This document shows positions 51,009 to 64,000 of a stretch of DNA of 64,000 bases, in pieces. The notes beneath the pieces were generated by a model. That model saw only the letters and a list, made by a program, of their open reading frames with translations. It ran no database searches and was not told where the DNA came from. Every line of letters starts with the position of its first letter. The stretch's first letter is position 1. The DNA is taken from contig CAUYUJ010000001.1 in NCBI GenBank assembly GCA_963575745.1, positions 3,224,001-3,288,000 of the forward strand, read 5' to 3'. Made by a program: the position numbers and the translations under genes. The DNA is from Prorocentrum cordatum. Lineage: Eukaryota.

Positions 51009-52259
51009 CAGAAGGTCCGTGCAGCTGTGTGCTCTCACGCGGCCGCGTCAGGGCCTCGGGGGCAGGGCAGTTCGCTTTCGCGGCTTTCGTGGCGCGGGCG
51101 CGTCGCCTGGGAGAGAGACAGAGGGAGAATCACCAGCCTCGAACTTATCCCGATCCCTAAGATTGACACGCCAAAAGGCGATGGCAATCTTAGGGAGGCA
51201 CCCTCAGAAACTGGGAAATGCCCAAGATCGCCATCGCGATGAGGCGATGCCCAGCACAGGGATAGGGATATGCTCCAGGCTGGTAAGAGAAAGAACGAGA
51301 GAGAGAGTCCATGTGCGTGTTCCTTCCCGGTGTGGGAGTCGCCCACCTTAGCAGACGGACACCCCGTGGGCGTGCCTTTCAGGGAAGTCCCCGATTTGTA
51401 AAGGGCCTACTCTCCGTCCATTCAACTATCATGAATGCATATATATATGTATATATATACAGCTTTGATCTGACAAAAGGGATTCTCCAGCGAAGGTTTC
51501 GTTCTGACACGAGTGTGTGCTCTCCATCCGTGTAAGCGTTGCTCGGGCTCTCAAGTTGTGTCATACGGTTATGGGAAGCCTCAAGCGAGATGCCCATACA
51601 ACAGGAGCCGCCATCCATCCGTGTAACCGTTGTGCAGATTTGGGGGCGTCGACAGACGAGGACGTCGCCCTCCACCGCACCTAGCGCGGGCGAGCGTCGA
51701 AGATGAACCGACACGGGGAAAGGTCCTTGGCAGGTAGGGGTGGCCTTTTGGTGGAGGCCTTTTTGGGCGGTGCAGGCGCCAGTGAGCTTACGGGGCCCTC
51801 TGCTCGATGCCGTGAGGCCCCTCTGCATGTGCTTTGTGGCAGGCTGCCAGCATGCCGAACAACAAGCACAGAACCCCGTGGTCGAAACCACTTTTATCCC
51901 TCCAGCAGATCATGTTCCGTCACCTTCCACAGGGCATCCGAAAGACCCTGCGCAAGGTCCCCCCCTGCATCGCATCGCATGGTAGCCGCATCGCAACGCA
52001 GGGTAGCCGCATCGCAACGCATAGTTGGAAGGTGCGTGGCTGCTGACCTCCACAAGGAATCTGACAGGCACAACAGTGCAAGGTCCCCCCCCTTGCAGAC
52101 TTCACCCCAGCAGCAGCAAGCGGGGGATGAGGCTCAGGAGAGGGGCTCGACCCTTGGGAGGCGGCAGCGGGTTCGGGGTCCTCCTGGTCCTCCAGGGGCT
52201 CGGGGAGCATTCCTGGTAGATGGTCTAGGTAGCTAATGTCGAGTTGATCGTTCATTTCT

Positions 52260-54718
52260 GAAGAATCATGATTGTTGATCCCCCCTCACCGGTGCATATT
52301 GTTTTTCTCAATCAAAGTGTGCCCCTCCGTCGCTCGCACCCTGTTTCCTGACAGGGAAAGTCTTGGTGCTCAAACTGGGTCCCTGGCCCCCCGGATTACG
52401 ACAACAACGGCTCCCGCCTGAGACTTCCTCCAAATTTACTCAGGACCCCCGCTCCTGAAACTTCATATAATTTATTGACGATCGGTGCTCCCCCCTGTGA
52501 CTACCTCGCAATTTAGTCAGGACCCCCGCTCCAATCTGAGACTTCCTCACAATTTACTCAGGAACGGTGCTCCCGCTTGAGACTTCCTCGCAATTGAATC
52601 AAGACTTCCTCGCAATTTAATCAAGACCCCCGCTCCCGCCAGATAAGCCTTCACATGTTATTCAGGAATCGCGCTTTCGACGCTCAGGAAACACGTTGCG
52701 CCAAGGACGCCGTTACAATTTGCCTAGTAATCGCGCTCTCGCCATACTCAGGCATCCCGCTTGAATGTCCCACCCGCCCGACCCGCCCGTCAGGGGATCG
52801 CCCGCCCGTCGTGGGCTCCCGCCCGAGACTTCCTTCAGGAACGGGGCTTTCGCTCAGGACTTCTTCGAACGTTCACGCTCTTACCTTCCTGCTGTTCCTC
52901 CCTCTCCCTCCTCCCTCCTCCCTCCTCTCCTCCCTTTCCTCTCCCTCCTCTCTTCCCCCATCCTAATGCCTCTCTGCCCTATCCCCTCTCCCTCCTCTCC
53001 CTCCTCCCTTCTCCCTCCCCTCTCCTGCCTCTTCCCTCCCTTTTTTGTTTTGTTTCTCTCTCTCTCTCTATCTCTCCCTTCTCTCTCTCTCTTTCTCTAC
53101 CTCTCTTATATGTATTTCTCTCTCTCTCTCTGCCTCTAATCAACCGCCCCCCTCTTCGCTCTTTCTCTCCTGGCGTTTTCCCTCTTCCTTCGTCCCTCCC
53201 CCTCCCTTCCTCCCACTCTCCCTCGTTCTTCCCCTTCTCTTTTTGTAGGGCCCATACCAATTGCAATGGCGGGCACATGTACGCCCACGAAGGATTGCCC
53301 GCCCGTTTCGGTTTGCCCGCCTGTCTCAGCCCGCCGCCCCCCGCAAAGAGAAAGAATCCCCCCGTCCAAGACAAACAGCGGGGAACTCGTTTTGAATGGC
53401 ATTCGGGCAAGTATGAGCGAACAGTTTTATAATGATGGTTGAATTCTCACTTCTGAAAAATAATTATTGTTGATCCCCCCACCAGTGCACATTCTATTTG
53501 TCAATTGAAATGCTTTCCCGTGGCTCGCACCCTGTTTTTTTTTACCGGGGAAAGTCTTGAGGCTCAAACTGTGCCCCTGGCCCCCGGGTTACAACAACAA
53601 CGGCCCCCGCCTGAGACTTCCTCACAATTTAGCCCAGACCCCCGCTCCCGCCTGAGACTTCCTTGCGTTTTATTCAGGAGTCGCGCTTTCGCTTAGGACT
53701 TCCTTGCAATTTATTCAGGAATCGTTCTCTCGGCCTTCTGGAGTCGCGCTCTCGCTGGAGACTTGCTTCTTAGAAATAGCGCCCTTGCGTTTCAATTTCC
53801 CGCAATTTATTCAATCGCCGCGCCACCGGCACTCAGGTACCCAGGAGTCGCGCTCACGCTGAGGACTCCGTCATAGATTAGGAATCGGGATCTCGCTGCC
53901 CTTCGTGGCCCTGTAGCAGCTCTTCGTGGCCCCCTCGCTGCCCTTCGTGGACCCGTTGCAGCCCTTCGTGGCCCCCTCGCTGCCCTTCGTGGCTCCATTG
54001 CAGCCCTTCGTGGCCCCCTCGCTGCCCTTCGTAGTCCCGTTGCACCCCTTCTTGGCCCCCTCGCTGCCCTTCGTGGCCCCGTTGCTGCCCGTCGTGGCCC
54101 CCTCGCTGCCCTCCGTGGCCCCGTTGCAGCCCTTCGTGGCCCCCTCGTTGCCCTTCGTGGCCTCGTTGCAGCCCTTCGGGCCCCCCTCGTTGCCCTTCAT
54201 GGCCCCATTGCAGCCCGTCGTGGCCCCCTCGCTGCCCTTCGTGGCCCCATATATGTATGCCCTTCTTGGCTCCCGCTCGTTCGCGCCCGTCGTGGCCACA
54301 TATGCATGCCCTTCGTGGCCCCGCTGTCGCCCTTTGTGGCCCCCTCGCTGCCCTTCGTGGCCCCGTTGCTGCCCTCAGTGGCCCCGTCCTTGCCTTCCGC
54401 GGCCCAATATACGCATGCCCTTCGTGGCCCCCGCTCGTTCGCGCCCGCCTTGGCCCCATGTGCATGCTTTTCGTGGCCCCGCTGTCGCCCTTCGTGGCCC
54501 CCTCGCTGTCCTACGTGGCCCAGTTGCTACCATCAGTGGCCCCGTCGTTGCCTTTTGTGGCCCCGCATTATCTGCCCTTCGTGGCCCCCGCTCGTTCGTG
54601 CTCTTTCGTGGCCCCATACGAATTCCCTTTGTGTCCCCGCTGTCGCCCTTCGTGGCCTACTTCGTGCCCTTCGTGGCCCTGTTGTCGTTGTCTCTCTTGC
54701 TTTCGGTTTCGCTCGTCC

Positions 54719-54772
<54 letters not shown>

Positions 54773-55048
54773 ACGTCGTCGTCGTCGACGTCGTCGTCGT
54801 CGACGTCGTCGTCGTGGTCGGTCCCCTGTCCTTCCCTCTTGGGGTCAGGTTGCCGCCGATCAGCGCTGCCGCTGGCCAGGCCGACGGTCTGCGGCCGCCC
54901 CGCCGCTTGCCAGGGCCCAGCCTGCAGGGAAAAAATGTACACCCCCCAAAAAGGGTACGATCGAAAACGAAGAGGGCGGGTATCGAGGGTTTGGGAATTA
55001 CGCGTTAACGGACATTCGGGCAGATAAGACCGAACAGTATTAAACTGA

Positions 55049-55109
<61 letters not shown>

Positions 55110-55136
55110 GGTTGTTGTTGTTGTTGTTGTTGTTGG

Positions 55137-55177
<41 letters not shown>

Positions 55178-56720
55178 TTGTAAGTGTTGTTGTTGTTGCT
55201 GCTGTTGTTGCTGCTGTTGTTGATGTTGTTGCTGTTGTTGTTGTTGCTGCTGCTGCTGCTGCTGTTGTTGTTGTTGTTGTTGTTGTTGAGTTTTCATGTC
55301 TGAATAATAATTATCGTTGATCCCCCTTCACCGGTGCATGCTGTTTTTCTTTAGTCAAAATGTGCCCCTCGACGCTCGCACACTGTTTTTTGATAGGGAA
55401 ATTCTTCCTGGTCAAACTGGGCCCCTGGCCCCCTGGACTACAACAACAACGGCTCCCGCCTGAGATTTCTTCCAAATTTACTCAGGGCCCCTCCCTCCCG
55501 TCTGAGACTTCCTCCCAATTTGCTGCGGAACGGCGCTCCCGCTTGAGACTTCTTCACCATTGAATGCGGGTCAAACTGCGTTGCTGCTCCCCCGGACTAC
55601 ATCAGCAACGGCTCCCGCTTGAGACTTCATCCAACATTACTCAGGATTCTCGTTCCCGCCTGAGACTTCCTCCCAATATACTCAGGATCGGCGCTCCCGC
55701 CTCTGACTTCCTCGCAATTCCGTCAGGACCCCCCCTCCCGTCTGAGGCTTCCCCACAATTCATTCAAGAACGGCGCTCCCGCTTCCTATTTCCTTGTGCT
55801 TTAGTCCAGACCCCCGCTCCCGCCAGGCATCCCCTTTTCAGGATTTGCGCTCTCGCCCGTGATTTTTCGCAGTTTATTCAGGAATCGCTGTTTTGGAATG
55901 GCTGGCGCAAGCCATGGGCAAGCTGAGTCGCAACTCGCGGCACAAATCATTGTCGTCCATCCCCCCTGCCCCTCTAATCCCTCCCTTCCTCCGATCCCTT
56001 CGTCCTCTTTTTTGTCATTATTGTTGATCCTCCCTCACCGGTGCATGCTGTTTTTTCTCAATCAAAGTGTGCCCCTCGACGCTCGCACCCTGTTTTTTGA
56101 CAGGGAAAGTCTTCCTGCTCAAACTGGACCCTTGGCCCCCGGGTTACAACAACAACGGCTCCCGTCTAAGACTTCCTTACAATTTAGCCAGGACCCCCGC
56201 TCTCGCCCGAGCCCGAGACTTCTTCGCATTTTATTCAGGAATCGCGCTCTCGCTTGGGACTTCCTTACAATTTATTCAGGAATCGCTCTCCCGGCGCTCT
56301 GGAGTCGCGCTCTCGCTGGAGACTTGCTTGCAACTTACGGAAGAATGGCCTTGCGTTGGAATTTCCTGCAATTTGCCCAAGCGCCGCGCTCCCGACACCC
56401 AGGCACCCAGGAGTCGCGCCCGTTGTGGCCCCATGTGAATGCCCTTCGTGGCCTCGCTGTCGCCATTTGTGTCCCCCTCACTGTCCTACGTGGCCCAATT
56501 GCTACCCTCAGTGGCCCCATAGTTGCCTTCTGTGGCCCCGTATCTGCACTTCGTGGCCCCCGCTCGTTCGCGCTCTTCGTGGCCCCATACGCATTCCCTT
56601 CGTGTCCCCGCTGTCGCCCTTCGTGGCCTACTTCGTGCCCTTCGTGGCCCTGCTGTCGTTCTCTCTCGCTCTCGCTTTCGCTCGTCGTCGCCGTCGTCGT
56701 CGTCGTCGCGTCGTCTTCGA

Positions 56721-56754
<34 letters not shown>

Positions 56755-57115
56755 CCTGTCCGTCCCTCTTGGGGTCGGGTCGACGGTCCGCGGCCGCCCC
56801 GCCGATCAGCGCTGCCGCTGGCCAGGCCGACGGTCCGCGGCCGCCCCGCCGCTTGCCGGGGCCCGGCCTGCAGGGAAGAAAGGTATACCCCCCAAAAGGG
56901 GTTCGATCGAAGACGAAAAGGGCGGGTATCGAGGGTTTGGGAAATTCGCGTTATTCGACGCTCGAGCAGATAAGGGCGAACAGTCTTAAAATGATTGATG
57001 TTGTTGTTGCTGCTGTTGTTGTTGATGTTTGTGGTGTTGTTGGGCTTGTTGTTGTTGGTGTTGTTGTTGTTGTTGTTGCTGCTGCTGTTGTTGTTGTTTT
57101 TGTTGTTGTTGTTGG

Positions 57116-57160
<45 letters not shown>

Positions 57161-57192
57161 GGTTGTTTTTGTTGTTGTTGTTGTGGTTGTGG

Positions 57193-57224
<32 letters not shown>

Positions 57225-57265
57225 GAACATTATTAATTCTAAAGAATAATTATTGTTGGGCCCCC
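52260..57265. repeat. Complex macro-repeat: four diverged 0.7-1.9 kb modules with nested minisatellites
   Basis: Module head ATTGTTGATCCCCC..CACCGGTGCAT..CAACAACAACGGCTCCCGCCTGAGACTTCC at about 52271, 53466, 55313 and 56020, with a stub at 57251; CCCTTCGTGGCCCC arrays, (GTC)n and (GTT)n inside. Confidence 0.85.
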
Positions 57266-58004
57266 TGGTGCGCGCCCCCCCCGCCGCGCCTAGGCCGCAG
57301 CCACGTTTTCATCATTTTCGTGAGGAAGCCTCAGGTAATTCGATGTCATCAAGATCGGGTTGTTTTGTTCCCCCCCGCTTTCCCTTGCAAAAAACACTAT
57401 AAAATGACATTTCTTGTTCTAATATAATCAAATTTCAAGAATCCCTTGCAAAAAATAAGGTAAAGTGGACATTCGCGCGCGCAAGACGAAATCCTTCCAA
57501 AAGCTTAGTGTTCGGAGCGATTTTAACATAAAAACATCAAAAAACCAATGGTTTTTCAACAAAAAAATGTCAAAATCTCATCCCGCGCGCTCTTGCGGAT
57601 TCGTAGGAAACCCAACACTTTTTAAACATTTCTGTCAAACGGGCTTTTGCGAGCAACTTTTTCGAACTTCTGCGACAACGGTTGCGCACCTGCCAGGGCC
57701 ATCATCCCTGTCAAATAATACCATGCGGGACACATTCGTTTTTTCTTCGCGCGCGCACGCCGAAATCTCCAAAAACCATTGGGTTCTGTGGGTGTGTACC
57801 CCACGCCAGTGTAGTAGCCACGGTCGTCCGCACGCCACGAAGTGAAGTGTCCCAACGTCATAGGGCGGGAAGCTGGGTTTGGGTGGTCGCGAAGAGTCGT
57901 TTGGATATTTGGTAGAGCTTGTAATGCCCCCCCACGAAGTGGGGGTATTGCCTGGTGTCGTATGAAAACCCTGGCACTGGGGAGAACACCACGCGTTCGG
58001 GTAA

Positions 58005-58008
58005 AATG

Positions 58009-58062
<54 letters not shown>

Positions 58063-58223
58063 AGTGTTATTGTTATTGTGTTTGTTGTTGTTGTTGCTGC
58101 TGCTGTTGTTGCGGTTGTTCAAATATATGTTTTTGTTGTTGTGTTCTCTCTCTCTCTCTCTATTTCTCAGAGCTAGATCAACCAGGGGGGGAGGAGGAGG
58201 AGGAGGAGGAGGAGGAGGAGGAG

Positions 58224-58257
<34 letters not shown>

Positions 58258-58273
58258 AGGAGGAGGAGGAGGA

Positions 58274-58306
<33 letters not shown>

Positions 58307-58895
58307 GAGGAGGAGGGGGGGGGAGGGGGGAAGGAGGCGGATGTGAAGGGGGAGGGCCGCGGCAGCGACGGCAGCCGCGGCGACGACGGCGACGAATGCG
58401 CCTGGAGAGAAGCGTCAGGTAGCTCTTGGCGGCGGGCGGCCGCCGCGGGCCCCCTCCCAAAATGCACCCGAGCCCGAGGAGAAGCCCCTGCCGCCACGGC
58501 AGGACGGGGTGCCGCGCGCAGAGAAGCCGAGGCCGGCAAGGAGCCAAGCAGGCGGCGGGGCACGGAGAAGAGGAGGGGGGAGGGGTAGACGGAGTGGGGA
58601 GGAGTCTGGAGTGAGAAGTGAGGGGTGAGGAGTGGAGAGTGAGAGGCAGAAGGAGGAGGATGACGAGAAGGATCGAGGAGGAGGAGGAGGACGATGAGGA
58701 CGAGGAGGAGGAGGAGGAGGAGTAGGAGTAGAAATAGGAGTAGGAGTAGGAGGAGGAGGAGGAGCAGGAGGAGGAGGAGGAGGAAGGTGAGGAGGAGGGG
58801 GAGGAGGAGGAGGAGGAGGAGGAGGAGGAGGTGGAAAAGGAGGAAGAAGAGGAGGAGGACGGCTAGGAGGAGGAGGAGGAGGAGGAGGAGGAGGA
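58005..58895. repeat. (GTT)n and (GAG)n fields with a GC-rich island
   Basis: Direct reading. Confidence 0.85.
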
Positions 58896-58899
58896 CCAG

Positions 58900-59540
58900 A
58901 GTCAATCCCAGCTGTACCAACGGTTCTGCAACGCACCCGTCCAGTCCGTACAAGCATCCACTTTCATTTGCGAATCGCCCCGCTTGAAAGACGACCGCCC
59001 CGTGGGCCCTCGCAATTCAGGGGGGAGCTCCGTTTGGAAAGTAATTGTCCTCCATCTTCCGAACCATACGGAATGCGATCTGAAGTTGTGCTGACCTGCA
59101 TTTGTGCAGCCGTTGCACATTCTTATCTAAGTCATAGCCATATTAGTTATACGTGGTGTCAGGCGGCAGCCCCAATTTCAAAAGGAATCGCCATCCACCC
59201 GTGTAGGTGTTGAACGAATGTGCACGTTTCGTAATATTTGTGAGGAGATCTCAGACGAACATTTTCAAGTTGTCCTGGCCTCCATCAGTGCAGCTGCTGG
59301 GAATTGTTGATAGGAATATGGGCGGCGCTAAGGCGAGAGCCACATTTGAGGTCCACCGGCCCTCCAGTTGCAGCTGCTGGAAACTAGTTTTGAGACGGAT
59401 GCGCGCAGCGCTTAGGCGAGAGCCACGGGTTGATAACCACCAGCTGTCCATCCGTGTAAGTGTTGAACGTGTTCAACTTCAATGAACTCTCAAGCGAAAA
59501 ACCCATCCCAGCCTACGGACGCGTCTGATGGTGCGACGTG
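58900..59540 (-). pseudogene. Decayed coding fragment with a repeated N-x-Y-T-[DG]-G motif
   Basis: MGFSLESSLKLNTFNTYTDG and HSFNTYTGGWRFLLKLGLPPD..LQIAFRMVRKMEDNYFP; related motifs at 51523-51640. Confidence 0.35.
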
Positions 59541-60819
59541 AACTCACAAGGACAAGAGGAGGAGGAGGAGGAAGACTAGGAGGAGGAGGTGGAGGAGGAG
59601 GAGGAGGAGGGATGAGGGGAGGAGGGAAGGAGAAGGAGGAGGAGGAGCAGGAGGAGGAGGAGGAGGAGGAGGAGGAGGAGGAGGAGGAGCTGGAGGAGGA
59701 GGAGGAGGAGGAGGAGGAGGAGGAGGAGCTGGAGGAGGAGGAGGAGGAGCTGGAGGAGGAGGAGGAGTTGATGGTGGAATGCACCCACAAATCACCCGCT
59801 CCCTGATTCCCCCCCCCACACCCCTCTCTCCCACCCCCCCGTGTCCCCCTCTCGATGCGGTTTACGCAGGCCCCTTCTAAAAGATCAGTCCAAGTGCATG
59901 GGCCGCTACCTCTTTGACTCTTTGTGTGTGTGGGGACGGGGGAGATCGTTGCTGTTTCTGGCAGAGTTTGGGCGGTCATCGTTGGCCCCACCCTGCAAAA
60001 CAAATCCTGAAGAAGCTGATAGAGATGCTACGCCCGTCGTGGTGTCTGGGAACCTGTGCGAGGACGACATAGAAGGCCCGCCTTGCAAAACAACTCCTGG
60101 ACATTGTCTCCCACTTCCCCATGAGAACTCCTCTCCTGTCCGTACTGATGCCTCGGATGCCGCGCCTCATCTCGCATGGATTTTGGTGCCCCTTTGCATG
60201 ATGGGGCCATCCGTGGGCTCCTGAAGCTCAATCTGACTTCATAGTGATCCCACCGATGTGAAGAACAGCAGGGTGGGAGGATGGCAACCATACAGATCTA
60301 CCTCGTTCCTCCCTTTCCCCTCTCCCAGGAAAGAGGATTAGGACAAACGAGGTGGATCTGTATCCCATGGCCTTCGGCCCACCCCGCCACCGCGCCTGTG
60401 TTCTGGGTCAGAGGACTCCCAGATGCTGCTCGGGGTTTCGTGGCCTGGGTTCTGGGTCCGAGGTTTCAGGTGGTACCGAAATGGTATCCATTGACTCAGA
60501 TCGATCCTATCATTGAGACCTGGGTTGTAGGCCAGAAGCAATCTGCCTCAAGTGGTACCCCCAATGATACCACTAGATGGATTTCGAACGAAAGGAGAGG
60601 AGGAGGAGGAGGAGGAGGAAGAGGAGGAGGAGGAGGAGGAGGAGGAGGAGGAGGAGGATAGGAGGAGGAGGTGGAGGAGGTGGAGGAGGAGGAGGAGGAG
60701 GAGGAGGACGGGTAGGAGGAGGAGGACGGACAGGAGGAGGAGGAGGAGGAGGAGGAGGAGGAGGAGGAGGAGGAGGAGGAGGAAGAAGAGGAGGAAGAAG
60801 AGGAGGAGGAGGAGTTCCA

Positions 60820-62190
60820 GTTCGCGGTCTTCAGAGGTCGAGGGTCGGGCGCCAGCCCAGCCCCCTCCTCAGGGCAGGGGCACGACCTTGCCGCAGGGCC
60901 TCACGAGCTCGAGCTTCTCCTCGAACTTCCCGCCGCCAAGGCAACGAGCTGCTTGAAGCTCATCGCCTCAGCTTGCGGCCTGGAGCGCCCGCGTTCGCCC
61001 CCTCGAACATCTCGGCGTCCAGCTCCGTGCCCAGCTCCAGGTGGAGCTGCGGGTACTCCATCTGGCCGTGCTCCTCCGTGCTGCTGTTCTCCTCGTTCAG
61101 CTTGAGCATCCACTGGGGGGCGCAGGTACCCAGCATCCACCTCGTTGCGGGTTCCGACCCTGGGCGAGCCACTCTCCTCGTTGGGAGAAGGCCTGAGGCG
61201 GCTTGGCCTTCGCTTCACGCCAACTGGACCTCCCTCTCCGCCGATTCCAAGCTGTGGGGAAGTGTGCACGCCAGCATGTTATTGAAGGTGCGCCAGCTCT
61301 CCGCGTCGCGCATCTGCTTCGCGCTGCACCCGCGGTGGAGGGAGAGGAGGCTGAATCTCCTGCGCCCCCCCGCGCCCTCCTGCCCACACGGCCGGAGGCG
61401 CGCCCTGCCGAGGTGGGCGTTCCTGTTGGAGCCCCTCTGCCAGAGGGAGCGTATCCCGTGGCAGAGGAAGGCGTGCCCTCTGGGGAGGGGGCATCATGAA
61501 GGGCAGCATCCGCCAGCCCACCCTCCTCTGCCGGCAGCAGCTCCCCGACGACGGAGTAGCTGTTTGAGACGATGATCTGGTGACCCATCTCCTCCGTGGC
61601 CACAGCATCAACCGCGTCGGTCATGATGACGTCGCCGTGGGGGAGGCTCTCTGCGATGTTGTCGTGGTGGCGCATCTGGTCGCCATGCGGCTCCGTGGTC
61701 AGGTGAATCAGGCCGCCACGCATCACATGTCCTAACATGGTGTTCTGCTCCTCCTTGGCTTCATCGAGTCGCATCTCCTTCTCCCGAACACGTTGATATA
61801 GTGCTGCCATCTTTTGCTCATAGATGCTGGAGCTCTCCATCTCGGAGTTGCTGCTCTCGATGATGTCGACCTTGGTATACATCATGCTGGCAACTGCACT
61901 CGTGCGCATCTTGCCGACGGGAGTGGTGGCGTCGATGAAACGCCCGAGTTTCTTGTTGGGTCCCATGCCTTTCTTATGGTTGATCAGAACCTCCAGGCCC
62001 TTTGTGGCGGCTGCCGTGCATGGTAGGCGTAACTTCAACCGTCGGCGTTGCTGCGCTCAGGCTCCGCACCTGACGCAGATGAAGACTGACTTGGCGATCT
62101 CATTGGTGTCTAGGGTCCCTATCTGGTTGACAGCGACCAGCTAGTGCCCTGGAGGGTTTTGCATGTACTCCTTCAGGAAACATGCGGAGC
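60820..62190 (-). mobile_element. C-terminal part of a degenerate LINE-like ORF2
   Basis: GH*LVAV..VFICVRCGA*AQQRRRLKLRLPC (62150-62020) resembles the finger at about 5170; continues into ORF 61097-62038. Confidence 0.5.
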
Positions 62191-62749
62191 CTTTGAGGAG
62201 AAGAAGGAGGGGGAGGAGCAGGAGCAGGAGGAGGAGGAGGAGGAGGAGGAGGAGGAGGAGGAGGATTGAGGAGTCTCAGCCATAGGCGGAGCGCGCTCCG
62301 ACAGTGGGAGCGAAGTCACTGGGACTTCCTTGGTCTGAGGCCAAGTAGCGGAGTGCCGCTCCGCAGAAGTGGACGCGTTAAGATCCAGAAAATTTCTGGA
62401 GCCGAACCCTTAGAGAACCATTCGGATTGAGGATCGAGGGGTGGAGCAAGGGACCTGAGGACACTCCCACTCCGTGCCGAAGAGCACTGCGACGGATAGC
62501 TTCTCGATTCCGGGGGGGGGGGGGGCGGAGCGCGGGGGCCGGAGCGTTTCGCCCTCTGGTTGCCTCACTGCGGAGGCGCCGTCTTGGAGGTCGCCCCGAA
62601 GGACGGCCCCAAGTCCCAGACTTTGCGCCAGCGCATCAGCAACAAGGGCGTCTGGAAGGAGCGGGTACGCCAGGGGAGGAGGGATGGATGAGGAGGGGGC
62701 GGGAGGTGGCAGGGAGGGCGATGATAGGATGATGCAGATATGGATAGAT

Positions 62750-63235
62750 GGATGGATGGATGATGATGAGGATGAGGATGAAGCTGAGGCTCAGGCTGAT
62801 GCTGATGCTGAGGATGAGGATAAGGATAAGGATGATGCTGATGATGATGATGATGATGATGACGACGATCATGATGCGGTTGATGATGATGGTTATGATG
62901 ATGATGTTGATGCTGATGCTGCTGATGATGATTATGATGATGATGATGACGATGACGATGATCACGATGCCGATGATGTTGACGACGACGATGACGATGA
63001 CGATGACGGCGATGATGATGATGCTGATGATGGTGATGATGATTACGATGAGGATGAGGATGCTGATGATGATGCTGATGATGACGATGACGCTGCTGCT
63101 TATGCTGCTGATGATGATTATGGTGATGGTGATGGTGATGGTGATGATGTTGCTGCTGATGATGATGATGATGATGATGATGATAATGATGATAATGATG
63201 CTCGAGCTGATGATGACGATGCTGATGATGCTGCT

Positions 63236-63266
<31 letters not shown>

Positions 63267-63310
63267 ATGGTGGTGGTTGTGGTGGTTGTGGTGGTGAGCA
63301 GGAGGAGGAG
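62750..63310. repeat. (GAT/GAC/GCT)n field
   Basis: Direct reading. Confidence 0.95.
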
Positions 63311-63689
63311 GGGAAGGATGCCGCCTGCTGAAGGCCTTAGGCATATTGGGTACCACGATCCTGGGCGGCGGCTACGCGCGGCGCGCTCAGGTGCGCACCC
63401 GCCGTCAACGATATACGATTCCGCGCAGCCGCGCGAGACATACCGTGCCTCATGGCGTGTCAGTCTCTCAGTGTTCTTTCTCAGCGGGCCTCGGCAGCTG
63501 ATGACACACATTTAATATATTAGGATAGGTGGCGCGACCTCATAGTAGTCGCATGGTTTTTTGCAGACATCGTGACCATCAGCAATGGACTGGCGACGAA
63601 GAAAGCTACAGTCGACAGGACCGGACGCATAGTACGACTTCGCAGAACAAAAGAAATGCGGCGGTATTTGTGCTTTTGAAGCTCCAGCA

Positions 63690-64000
63690 TTCGTCACATG
63701 TTGCCTATTATCTTGACGCGTCTACAACTTCCTCACTCTGCACCCAGTTTGCCGCCTCTGAATATTGTGCCGCCACCACCACTTTGGATCACGCCACCGT
63801 TGCCAACGCCTGCCGCGCCGTCCCCTCCACAGTGGACGGGAACATTCATCTGCAGCATACTTGTGGATTCTCTAGTGATCGCTCCACCAATGATCAAAGC
63901 GGAGTTCGCATCAAATGTTGTATCTTCGGATGCAGAAAACTCGCAGTGACTCTGGCATCGTCAGTTCTGAATGGTTCACATTGTGCGAGGCAGCCACGCA
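63690..64000 (-). pseudogene. Possible Trp-rich LINE ORF2 tail
   Basis: LRFDHWWSDH*RIH..LWRGRRGRRWQRWRDPKWWWRH. Confidence 0.3.

Noticed and set aside
51379..51503. Another TC...GA MITE
   Set aside because: TIR match is weak and the flanks (GCCTT/AGGTT) are not a duplication.
58400..58500. Minus-strand micro-exons (GLLLGL, SYLTLLS)
   Set aside because: Splice-like boundaries exist but the phases do not join without a stop.
59251..59451. Tyrosine recombinase (LEGRWTS)
   Set aside because: Isolated motif; another frame of the same DNA fits the repeated YTDG pattern better.

Overview
This is a eukaryotic, GC-rich, repeat-saturated window with no intact long gene. The retroelement motifs, TTTAGGG/TTAGGG-like tracts and AG|GC splice-like junctions suggest a dinoflagellate nuclear genome (inference). 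It contains: (1) decayed retroelements, namely a LINE with RT, RNase H and Zn finger (1-5480), a Copia-like gag (about 12.4-16.0 kb), a Copia RT-RNase H (46.6-48.6 kb) and three or four LINE 3' fragments; (2) large microsatellite fields that generate most of the long listed ORFs; (3) minisatellites of 77, 73, 115 and 60 bp and a kb-scale macro-repeat; (4) three interstitial telomere-like blocks; (5) a perfect-centre 146-bp palindrome; and (6) a few candidate micro-exons. Two signals are not explained by these features. First, at least six unrelated MITE-like families have T...A termini and mostly 5-bp target duplications, and five of them are 158-171 bp long. Second, a hairpin plus GGCGGAT end motif recurs and brackets 600-750 bp elements, alongside several cGNAg mini-hairpins. 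All protein-family calls come from motif recognition by eye; no searches were run.
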